A stretch of 37,825 nucleotides of DNA from a virus (Duplodnaviria; Caudoviricetes). The translations under genes were made by a program, and so were the position numbers. Every line of letters begins with the position of its first letter. Position 1 is the stretch's first letter. Under the pieces are notes generated by a model that saw nothing but the letters and a program-made list of their open reading frames with translations, had not been told where the DNA came from and searched no databases. Location of the stretch: positions 1 through 37,825 of the IMG/VR virus record IMGVR_UViG_3300020044_007934; one strand, 5' to 3'. Shown piece after piece: positions 1-6,859 of this stretch.

Positions 1-72
1 CTCAATCTTCTCAACGGCGCAGATGTTTTTGTGCTTGCTGGCATTGATTGTGTTTATCGGGGAGGCGGCGTT

Positions 73-288
73 ATGAAACCATCTAGCGAACATTACATGT
101 TAGCCATGCTTTTTACTGCGCTGGCGATACTCGTTATTAGCTTGGCATATAAAGCTAAGCGAGATGCAGAGCCAGCTCGAAAAGCGTGGGAAGCCTATAT
201 AGAGCAACAAGAGCGTGAACGCATTAGCAAAGAAACAATCAAGCTAAAGCTAGGAACACCATCAGAGATACTGGAGGCTATACAATGA
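73..288 (+). CDS. Small early membrane protein (N-terminal TM helix), hypothetical
   Basis: ORF track 31..288. The ATG at 73 follows GGAGG and is followed by the hydrophobic stretch MLAMLFTALAILVISLAY. Confidence 0.6.
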   Translation: MKPSSEHYMLAMLFTALAILVISLAYKAKRDAEPARKAWEAYIEQQERERISKETIKLKLGTPSEILEAIQ

Positions 289-671
289 ATAACCCAGACG
301 ATAATTTTGTACCAAGTGATGACTTTGAGCTTGCGGAGTTTATTCGGGATGAGGCGGCGAAGGTCGCTAAAAAACTGGAGTGTATGACTAAGGAACGCTC
401 AAGTGAGATGGCATGGGAGCGATTCCGCTCTATTCGGTTATTGTGCTTTTCATTGCATAAAGAGCTAGAAGAAAAACACCTTTTAGAGGTTAAAGACGAA
501 GAGCTTGCCGATATAATTAAAGAGCTTGACCAAGCTTGCCTTGAATATAACGGCGAGGATTGCCAGCAGTATTTTGGATACTACATCCGTGATTATGCGC
601 GAGTGCTAACTGATGCTATTGCTAAGGGGTTTACTGAAGAAGAGAAATATCAATGGGAGGCAAGGTCATGA
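285..671 (+). CDS. Hypothetical acidic early protein
   Basis: 128-aa ORF with GGAGG RBS and ATGA overlap with the upstream gene. Confidence 0.65.
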   Translation: MNNPDDNFVPSDDFELAEFIRDEAAKVAKKLECMTKERSSEMAWERFRSIRLLCFSLHKELEEKHLLEVKDEELADIIKELDQACLEYNGEDCQQYFGYYIRDYARVLTDAIAKGFTEEEKYQWEARS

Positions 672-865
672 AATTCAATAGAGAGCATTTTAGTAATGGA
701 TTACTTGGCGGAGCTGTAGGCATGTTTGGTTTGTTGCTGCTAATTTCCTGCGCTGAAAAAACCATAGAAGTATTTAAAACATCTGCGCGTTTAGATGTTT
801 GCAAAGAAGCGAGTGAACAGGGTGTTCGGGATAAATTAAAAACGTGTGAATGGAAGCCGTTATGA
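668..865 (+). CDS. Putative small lipoprotein/membrane protein
   Basis: Start at 668 (ATGA overlap, GGAGG upstream). The hydrophobic segment ends in LLLISC, a lipobox-like motif. Confidence 0.5.
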   Translation: MKFNREHFSNGLLGGAVGMFGLLLLISCAEKTIEVFKTSARLDVCKEASEQGVRDKLKTCEWKPL

Positions 866-1302
866 AAACCCAACAAGAACTATTGCGGCAAATTGAGGAG
901 GCTTTGCGTAGATATGCAAATCCTGAAATTCAAAACCAACATAATTACAAGTCAATGATGAATGTGGATGATACTGTTGTAGCTCGTGAAGCCCTGCCAG
1001 TTATAGATGAGTTAGTACCGCTAGGCAATCTAAGTGATGGTGCGTGTGTCACAAGTGAGCATTTTAAGCCATGCCCATTCTGCGGCGAAAAAATCATCTA
1101 TCTAACAACAGGCAAGGATGGCTGCATTAACTGCCCAAATTGTTTGGTTCGTATGCCAAATGAATGTAACGACCATCTAGAGCTGGTTGACGCTTGGAAC
1201 ACCCGCAACCACACCCGCGCCATTGAGAAGATTGAGGCGTTAGATGCTTTGCACGGGTGCGTAAGGCGAGGTGATGTCCTAGCAATACTGAAAGGGGAGT
1301 GA
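862..1302 (+). CDS. Lar-like restriction-alleviation zinc-ribbon domain protein
   Basis: KPCPFCG...CPNC...AWNTR is the characteristic Lar-family pattern. Start MKTQQ at 862 overlaps the upstream stop. Confidence 0.7.
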   Translation: MKTQQELLRQIEEALRRYANPEIQNQHNYKSMMNVDDTVVAREALPVIDELVPLGNLSDGACVTSEHFKPCPFCGEKIIYLTTGKDGCINCPNCLVRMPNECNDHLELVDAWNTRNHTRAIEKIEALDALHGCVRRGDVLAILKGE

Positions 1303-1304
1303 GT

Positions 1305-1451
1305 ATGAGTGACACCAAAACACATATACGTTGGGTATATGGCGAAAATATCGTAACACTAATATGCGCTTGCGTTTGCGCTTATTTTATATCGCCGTGG
1401 TGTTTTTTATTGCTGGTAAATTTAAACACATTTTCTAAACGCAAGGAGTAA
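1305..1451 (+). CDS. Small hypothetical membrane protein (48 aa, not in ORF track)
   Basis: MSDTKTHIRWVYGENIVTLICACVCAYFISPWCFLLLVNLNTFSKRKE*, with GGGGAG RBS. Confidence 0.5.
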   Translation: MSDTKTHIRWVYGENIVTLICACVCAYFISPWCFLLLVNLNTFSKRKE

Positions 1452-1528
1452 GAAACCATGACAACACCAAATAGCCAAAAGTACACTTTATACAAAAACC
1501 TTTGTCCGAAGCAAAAAGGATTTTACTT

Positions 1529-1870
1529 ATGACAACACCAAATAAAGACCGTGAGGCAACCAACGACCTTAACACCATCCCAGCTAGTGTGCTAAAAGAT
1601 TTACGCGATTTATCTGAATGGGATAGAAGCGGTGATTCGTGCTTTCGCGGGTGTGCAGCACCAGAACATGTAGAAGACCTTGTCCCCCTAATCGAGAAAC
1701 TCTGCCAACCCAACATTGTTGTCGTGGATTTGGATGATTTGCGGGGGCGATTTTACAAGGCAATGATGGACGAGGGTTATCATCCATACAGTGAAGAAAT
1801 GACACGCGGGAACGATGCGCTAGACGCAGCACTCGCCGCATTGAAGGAAAACAGCCATGCTAACCCCTGA
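1529..1870 (+). CDS. Hypothetical early protein
   Basis: ORF track 1502..1870. ATG at 1529 follows AAGGA. Confidence 0.6.
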   Translation: MTTPNKDREATNDLNTIPASVLKDLRDLSEWDRSGDSCFRGCAAPEHVEDLVPLIEKLCQPNIVVVDLDDLRGRFYKAMMDEGYHPYSEEMTRGNDALDAALAALKENSHANP

Positions 1871-2012
1871 TGAAATAAAAATTCATGAGAAAATTGCGTG
1901 GATATTATGGAGGCATGGTCGCACGATTGGTGCTGATATGGCTGACCAATTAGCAGCTTTAATTATGGCTGAAATACTTGGGAAAATCCCAGCATTGAAG
2001 GAGAAACCGTGA
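1857..2012 (+). CDS. Small hypothetical protein (51 aa, not in ORF track)
   Basis: MLTPDEIKIHEKIAWILWRHG...PALKEKP*, with AAGGA RBS. It fills the gap between its neighbours. Confidence 0.55.
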   Translation: MLTPDEIKIHEKIAWILWRHGRTIGADMADQLAALIMAEILGKIPALKEKP

Positions 2013-2266
2013 TGGAAAACGCAGAAACAAACACAAACCTCACGATAAAAGAGGCTATTGAATGGTTTGATTTAGTGGATAGCGATGTTGCCCGTGCAGC
2101 ATCGAGCTATCTTCGTTTGGTTGAAAAACAGATGCAGGCATTAGAATATCAAGTTAAGTCGGTGAAAAAAAACTACAGGTCACAGAAAAAGAAAACCGCT
2201 CTGTATAAAAGCCAGCTTGCAAAAACACTGAGCAACTCGCGCAAAGCCGCATTGAAGGAGAAATGA
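2009..2266 (+). CDS. Hypothetical coiled-coil protein
   Basis: 85-aa ORF with AAGGAG RBS. Confidence 0.6.
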   Translation: MMENAETNTNLTIKEAIEWFDLVDSDVARAASSYLRLVEKQMQALEYQVKSVKKNYRSQKKKTALYKSQLAKTLSNSRKAALKEK

Positions 2267-2269
2267 TTT

Positions 2270-2443
2270 ATGGACGCACTATGGTTTTTGTTGCCATTTG
2301 GTATTGCAGTCGCGAATGGATGGCGTGTTAACAAAGATATAAAAAAGAACGAGGCTGAGTTAAAAGCAATGGGATTGAAACCTAACTATGTTGGCGGTGG
2401 AGCGTTTAAATCCTATTATGTGACTATTATACAGGAGAAATGA
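2270..2443 (+). CDS. Small hypothetical membrane protein (57 aa, not in ORF track)
   Basis: MDALWFLLPFGIAVANGWRVNKDIKK...IIQEK*, with AGGAG RBS and 19-bp direct repeats on both sides. Confidence 0.55.
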   Translation: MDALWFLLPFGIAVANGWRVNKDIKKNEAELKAMGLKPNYVGGGAFKSYYVTIIQEK

Positions 2444-2446
2444 TTT

Positions 2447-2941
2447 ATGGATGACTTAACCGATATGACTAGTGATGTGGACGTATTGAGCCGACAATAT
2501 CAGATACGCTCTAACGCTATTGTACCCCGCGCAAGCCAAGACGCACCGACTATGCTTGAACTTTCCCGCATACGCGAATTGCATTTGGGTATATGGCAGA
2601 TTGTCAAAGAGCGTGACGAACTCCGCGCACGAATCGCAGAGCTTGAAAATAAAGGCATAGACCAGCTTGAGTTTATGCTGCAGCAAAGGATTGCAGAGCT
2701 TGAAGCCATGATAGACTCTGATTCAGAGGACTACGGCATAGTGGCTAATGCAGCGGGGTGGGCGTTGATTAAAAAGCTGAAAGCACCGCCGAGTGAAAGG
2801 GAGATAGAGGCTGTGGCAGAGCAGATTAGAGGCGCGAGTAGTTTTGAGCGTAAGAAATACACAGATTACAAAGTCAATTATGGTGACAGCCTTTGTTATG
2901 CAAAAGCCGCGATTGAAACATATCAGGAGGGACGGAGATGA
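2447..2941 (+). CDS. Hypothetical early protein with RIAELE coiled-coil repeats
   Basis: 164-aa ORF with AGGAG RBS. RIAELE occurs twice. Confidence 0.65.
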   Translation: MDDLTDMTSDVDVLSRQYQIRSNAIVPRASQDAPTMLELSRIRELHLGIWQIVKERDELRARIAELENKGIDQLEFMLQQRIAELEAMIDSDSEDYGIVANAAGWALIKKLKAPPSEREIEAVAEQIRGASSFERKKYTDYKVNYGDSLCYAKAAIETYQEGRR

Positions 2942-3156
2942 TTACAGAACAACACGCACTAGACCAATTGAAGCGTATTGCTTTAATTAAAGAGGGCAAA
3001 CTATACAGCAGCCATGCCACAATCTCCGACACAGTTAGCAGTGCTGGTGATTGGAATAGATATGCCTTTCAAGCAATAAAACGAGGTGACTATAATACAG
3101 CAAAAGCATGTTGTGTTGTGGTTGCTGAGTTGCTTGGCTCGGACGCATTAAAATGA
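2938..3156 (+). CDS. Hypothetical protein
   Basis: 72-aa ORF, ATGA-coupled, with GGAGG/GGAG upstream. Confidence 0.55.
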   Translation: MITEQHALDQLKRIALIKEGKLYSSHATISDTVSSAGDWNRYAFQAIKRGDYNTAKACCVVVAELLGSDALK

Positions 3157-3241
3157 AACTTATCTTCGCCACATGCTGCGCCACGTCTATAGGGGCTATG
3201 TATATGGTGGCGCGTGAGAGTAAACAACAAAGGAGAATGAG

Positions 3242-3361
3242 ATGAGTGTATTAAAAGAAATAACAATATGGTTTATTGCGCTGTTTGGTGTATTTGTTGC
3301 CGCTTTATTTATAAGGATTGTGTGGGAAATTATGAAGGCGGGTTGGAATGTAATCGGATAA
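3242..3361 (+). CDS. Small single-TM protein (39 aa, not in ORF track)
   Basis: MSVLKEITIWFIALFGVFVAALFIRIVWEIMKAGWNVIG*, with AAGGAG RBS. Confidence 0.55.
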   Translation: MSVLKEITIWFIALFGVFVAALFIRIVWEIMKAGWNVIG

Positions 3362-3485
3362 ACCATAGGGATGCCCACGCTTGTAAAGGCTGGGCAAGAT
3401 TAAAGTAGCAGTAAGTGGCTACCACCCCTAATATGACCGCCCCGACTCTTTGCACTCTAAACTAGGGGCGGTCGCCAAACTTAAC

Positions 3486-3515
3486 TTGACAATCACCCCC
3501 TCATAACTTTACAAT
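3486..3515 (+). promoter_or_regulatory. Near-consensus sigma70 promoter
   Basis: TTGACA (3486-3491), 18-nt spacer, TACAAT (3510-3515). Confidence 0.75.
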
Positions 3516-3521
3516 GATTCC

Positions 3522-3638
3522 GTGCTGTGTGCGTCTGTGCGTATCACGAGAGGGTGAGATTGAGGGTCGTAATTAGGCTCACCAAAATAACGGCTATAGA
3601 CCTATGCCGAGTGGGTTACATGAACCCATCCGCAGCAC
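3522..3638 (+). ncRNA. Putative structured RNA (closing stem plus four internal hairpins; cloverleaf-like but not a canonical tRNA)
   Basis: GTGCTGTG/CGCAGCAC terminal stem, with GGTGAG/CTCACC, CGGC(T)ATA/TATGCCG and TGGGTT/AACCCA hairpins. It starts 7 nt after the -10 box. Confidence 0.6.
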
Positions 3639-3650
3639 ACAAGGATTTAT

Positions 3651-3833
3651 ATGCGCCCACCAGAATGGTTAATTGAATATAAAAAGCACCGCAACTGCAA
3701 GCATGCTTGGGTATGGCGAGGTCGTGGTATTGGTAAAATATGGAAAGACAAAAAGCGCTACGAGTGCTTAAAGTGCGGGTCAGTTACGGTTACTCCCACA
3801 ACACCACAACAGGCTCAGGACGTTTTATCATAG
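3651..3833 (+). CDS. Small basic zinc-ribbon-like protein
   Basis: CKH...YECLKCG, with AAGGA RBS directly after the structured RNA. Confidence 0.55.
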   Translation: MRPPEWLIEYKKHRNCKHAWVWRGRGIGKIWKDKKRYECLKCGSVTVTPTTPQQAQDVLS

Positions 3834-3981
3834 CCAGATAAGCAACCGCTACTCGTTTTGCATCGAGGGCGAAGTAGAATGTATCGTTAGCTGGTTGATA
3901 AAATGCCAAGTTATCGTGATTGGTTTGCAATATACGTTCAGCAAGAGCTTTTATTTCGTCACGGGGCGGGGTGTATGTCAT
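3790..3981 (-). CDS. Hypothetical protein
   Basis: 63-aa ORF, ATGA-coupled to the exonuclease gene. Confidence 0.5.
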   Translation of the reverse strand: MTYTPPRDEIKALAERILQTNHDNLAFYQPANDTFYFALDAKRVAVAYLAMIKRPEPVVVLWE

Positions 3982-4964
3982 TTGCTGCCTTTCTTAGCTG
4001 GGGTAGTTGTCCATGCGCCGCACGGCTTGCACTGGTATCTGTGGTGGAAGTTAGCTGCTTTCAACTCATAGCCCTTTAATTCTAAATCATCACTATCGCA
4101 AGTTTTGCAGCGCAGTGTAGCGTCATCGTAAATTATATTGGCATTGCGCTTGCTTTTTACGTTGGTTTTAAGCTTGTTGTAAACTTGCTCTAGCACCTCA
4201 ATATCTTGCGCGTTGTATTCTGCCATCTCTTTTATGGCATCAATCTTGCCTTGAGCGCAGCCAACCCATAGCGAGGCGCTGGTTTTGTTCTTTCCCTGCA
4301 ATCCGCATATTTTAGCAAGGTGGTCTAGCTTGTTACTGTTCAGGGTTTTTTTAAACTTATTCCGCGCCATCTTATAGGTATCAATTGTGGCAACTGGCGG
4401 CAATGCAGGAAGTCCATTAGCGAATAACCTACCCTCAATAAATGGCATGTCAAAGCCGTCACCAAAGTGCGCTATGACATAATCCGCTTGTAGGATTATC
4501 TGGCTAAACTCTATAAGCAGCGCCTTATCATTATATGGCTCATGCGCGATTAAAACCGTAGGCGTTATTTCCCCCGCAAATTTATAAGCCAGCGTGCAAA
4601 TAGATTTAGGTTGCTCAATAAAATCTAGCGGTATCCCCCTGTCCGAGAATACATCAAAAAAATAGCCCTTATTGGGCAGGGTTTCAATGTCTATGAATAA
4701 TTCCTTGACGCGCTTGGGTGTATTTGCTACACTGATAATCGTCTTTCCGCGTACGGGAAGTTGGGGGCTGGGCATGTAGTCTGCCCCCATTTCTTTCTCT
4801 CTCATCTTTTTATACCGCGTCAACGTAGCGCCACCAATACCAAACAACACTGCAAGCTCGGTGTAGCTTTTTCCGCTATCCAGCATCCGATATATATCAT
4901 CTTTGGTATGTTTCATACTTTGCAACTCACTATCGCTGGGGTTAAAAACAATTTCCGTTGCCAT
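3978..4964 (-). CDS. DEDD/RNase H-like 3'-5' exonuclease with N-terminal HTH and C-terminal zinc ribbon
   Basis: FIDIET (ExoI), HFGDGFDMPFI (ExoII) and YNAQDI (ExoIII); HTH-like SYTELAVLFGIGGATLTRY; CKTC...CKPC. Confidence 0.85.
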   Translation of the reverse strand: MATEIVFNPSDSELQSMKHTKDDIYRMLDSGKSYTELAVLFGIGGATLTRYKKMREKEMGADYMPSPQLPVRGKTIISVANTPKRVKELFIDIETLPNKGYFFDVFSDRGIPLDFIEQPKSICTLAYKFAGEITPTVLIAHEPYNDKALLIEFSQIILQADYVIAHFGDGFDMPFIEGRLFANGLPALPPVATIDTYKMARNKFKKTLNSNKLDHLAKICGLQGKNKTSASLWVGCAQGKIDAIKEMAEYNAQDIEVLEQVYNKLKTNVKSKRNANIIYDDATLRCKTCDSDDLELKGYELKAANFHHRYQCKPCGAWTTTPAKKGSK

Positions 4965-5272
4965 GTGCGAAGCTCTTTAAGTGACTTCTTTTGCTTTTTA
5001 TTTACCGTGTACCACTGAGGCTTCACCATTTCGTTAGCTGCTTTTATTTTCTTACCGTCATTGATGTGCTTTAGGATAAGTGACCGAGCAAATGAGCCTT
5101 TGCGGGTGGTGAGGATAAAAGATATAAGCGCAAGCTGCTCGTTATAATGCAGCTCTAAATATGGCGAGATAAGCGAATCAAGCTGATTCTTTGCAGCCTG
5201 TTTATCATCCTCAGTCATGCGTGGTTTGACTAACCGAGTACGCTTTCCAACTTCTCTGATGGGGTCGCTCAT
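4913..5272 (-). CDS. Hypothetical basic protein
   Basis: ORF track 4913..5311. Likely start MSDPIRE at 5272 (GGGGA RBS, ATGA coupling). Confidence 0.55.
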   Translation of the reverse strand: MSDPIREVGKRTRLVKPRMTEDDKQAAKNQLDSLISPYLELHYNEQLALISFILTTRKGSFARSLILKHINDGKKIKAANEMVKPQWYTVNKKQKKSLKELRTWQRKLFLTPAIVSCKV

Positions 5273-5379
5273 ACAGTCCCCGCGCCGTAATAGATAGGAA
5301 AGGGAGAGCAAGCGGTGAGTGACAAAATAATACCGAAAAGGATACCTAAGCCGATTATTGCCAACAAATCTCTAGCCAT
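5269..5379 (-). CDS. Tiny putative lipoprotein (36 aa, not in ORF track)
   Basis: MARDLLAIIGLGILFGIILSLTACSPFPIYYGAGTV*, with lipobox LTAC and AAGGGGGA RBS. Confidence 0.6.
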   Translation of the reverse strand: MARDLLAIIGLGILFGIILSLTACSPFPIYYGAGTV

Positions 5380-5440
5380 AATATCCCCCTTCGTGTTACT
5401 TTAAGTCATGATTACCGTTCAAGTTATATGCAAAAACTGT

Positions 5441-5474
5441 AAAAAACCCCGTGAGTATGTACTCAAAGACGGGG
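5441..5474 (-). terminator. Rho-independent terminator closing the late/lysis operon
   Basis: Minus strand CCCCGT(CTTT)GAGTA-CA-TACTCACGGGG followed by TTTTTT, ~40 nt after the holin stop. Confidence 0.75.
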
Positions 5475-5513
5475 AGAATAAGTGCAAGTGTTGGTGCGGT
5501 GCAAAAGAACATT

Positions 5514-6020
5514 TTATTGTTTCCCCGCCAAAAGAACGTCCTTCTTAGCACTGCCCTGAGAGCTACCGAAATAATAGCTCATCACCTGAATCCACGCCGT
5601 GCCAAGCGAACCAAGCATAATGTTTAAAACGTCCTTGCTTGTGGCGGGTACTTCCTGCACCATCATAAACATAAGCACCCCGAAGAATCCACCTGTCACC
5701 GACATTGCCAAAATAGGAAGCGTCACGTCTTTTACTTGAATCTGGCGTTGCCGCGCTGAATCTCTATCGGCTGCTGATATGCGAACCAAGTCAACTTCTA
5801 ATTCTGCCATGCGCTTTTGAAATTCTATCTCGGCTTGTTTTAGTTTTAGTAAGTCATCGGGCGATGCACCCGCTATGGCTTGTGCGACCTGCTCTTGTGT
5901 TGCCGCATCAATGCCAAATATCTTTCCGATAGCACCAACTGCAAGCCCCGCAAGTGGGCCACCTAAAGCTGTTGCGATAGTAGGGGCAACCGTGCCGACA
6001 ATATCTTTCCAATCACTCAT
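5514..6020 (-). CDS. Holin, 3TM (gene-transfer-agent release type)
   Basis: APTIATALGGPLAG N-terminus, DRDSARQR, two C-terminal TMs ending in YYFGSS. Directly after the endolysin. Confidence 0.75.
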   Translation of the reverse strand: MSDWKDIVGTVAPTIATALGGPLAGLAVGAIGKIFGIDAATQEQVAQAIAGASPDDLLKLKQAEIEFQKRMAELEVDLVRISAADRDSARQRQIQVKDVTLPILAMSVTGGFFGVLMFMMVQEVPATSKDVLNIMLGSLGTAWIQVMSYYFGSSQGSAKKDVLLAGKQ

Positions 6021-6433
6021 CCAACCACCCCCACGATTTCTAAATCAAATGAATCTGGCAACAACGCACGAAGTTTCTGCATGGTCTGTACTGAGCCTGT
6101 AACCATCTTTGCAGTCACTCCAGTTTTAGAATCCACGCCACCTTCCGCAATAGCTTTACCCACGCCGATACAACCCTTTAATTGATGCGACCAGTTAGCG
6201 TTATGGATAAGGATTAGGTCGCGATTGGGTACGTCTTGTAGATGCCAGTGATGCCCGTATTTTTGACTGATGCGCTTGGTGACGTGATACGTCCCTAATG
6301 GTATGCAGCTAACTTGCTGTTGGTTGTTATGCCAGCGTTTTTCAACTGTGTAACATAGCAGTTTTTCGCCGTCTTTTAACTCGCCAAACACGCCGTCTTT
6401 ATGGTTTTCTAAGCGTGTTAGGGTTAATTTCAT
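6017..6433 (-). CDS. Putative endolysin, DUF5675 / L,D-transpeptidase-like fold
   Basis: SCIPLGTY...LQDVPNRDLILIHNANWSHQLKGCIGVG carries the His...GC dyad. Start MKLTLTR at 6433 follows GAGGA. Confidence 0.8.
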   Translation of the reverse strand: MKLTLTRLENHKDGVFGELKDGEKLLCYTVEKRWHNNQQQVSCIPLGTYHVTKRISQKYGHHWHLQDVPNRDLILIHNANWSHQLKGCIGVGKAIAEGGVDSKTGVTAKMVTGSVQTMQKLRALLPDSFDLEIVGVVG

Positions 6434-6497
6434 TTCTTCCTCATTGCTTTTAGAATTTGCCGCGCAGCCCACCAGAATTTTATGCGGTTAAATAGGT

Positions 6498-6656
6498 TTA
6501 TAACGCCCTCGTTCTAATGACGGGTATTTCTTGAAGCATTGAGATGGTCTCAATGGCTGATTCTTTTGCTATTGCTTGTCCAATATAATTGTCAAAACCA
6601 TGATACGCAATCATACCAAACGCAAAGAATATACAAAGTTGAGCGCGGATTATCAT
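6498..6656 (-). CDS. Small membrane protein in lysis cluster (52 aa, not in ORF track)
   Basis: MIIRAQLCIFFAFGMIAYHGFDNYIGQAIAKE...RAL*, ATGA-coupled to the upstream gene. Confidence 0.45.
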   Translation of the reverse strand: MIIRAQLCIFFAFGMIAYHGFDNYIGQAIAKESAIETISMLQEIPVIRTRAL

Positions 6657-6859
6657 GGTAAGCCTTTTACAAATTTTAAAGCCTGTTCAAGCGATGATGC
6701 AACATATATACCCACCGCGATAATACCCATAACAAACCAGCCGTAACGCTCTGTTTTAGACTTGTATGCCTCTAGTGCTGCAATCCTATCTTCGTTCGCT
6801 TTGTGCGCTTCTTTAAGGTATGCAATCTCTAATTCCAAAATGTTATCGGCTACCTTCAT
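6653..6859 (-). CDS. XhlA/holin-like small protein (coiled coil plus C-terminal TM)
   Basis: EDRIAALE coiled coil followed by YGWFVMGIIAVGIYV, upstream of the endolysin. Confidence 0.55.
   Translation of the reverse strand: MKVADNILELEIAYLKEAHKANEDRIAALEAYKSKTERYGWFVMGIIAVGIYVASSLEQALKFVKGLP

Larger units (their letters stand above)
1835..2451 (+). repeat. Direct repeats at successive gene junctions: GCATTGAAGGA (1838, 1992, 2249) and AGGAGAAATGATTTATGGA (2256, 2433)
   Basis: Read directly from the sequence. Each repeat encodes a gene end, RBS and (for the 19-mer) the next start codon. Confidence 0.85.

Noticed and set aside
1835-2451. CRISPR or mini-CRISPR array
   Set aside because: Repeats are 11-19 bp, separated by 150-260 bp of intact ORFs, and no cas genes are present.
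3522-3640. Canonical tRNA (including tRNA-Sec or a suppressor)
   Set aside because: No TTCRA T-loop, no YT-NNN-R anticodon loop, no encoded CCA, and it is too long. Kept only as an unclassified structured RNA.
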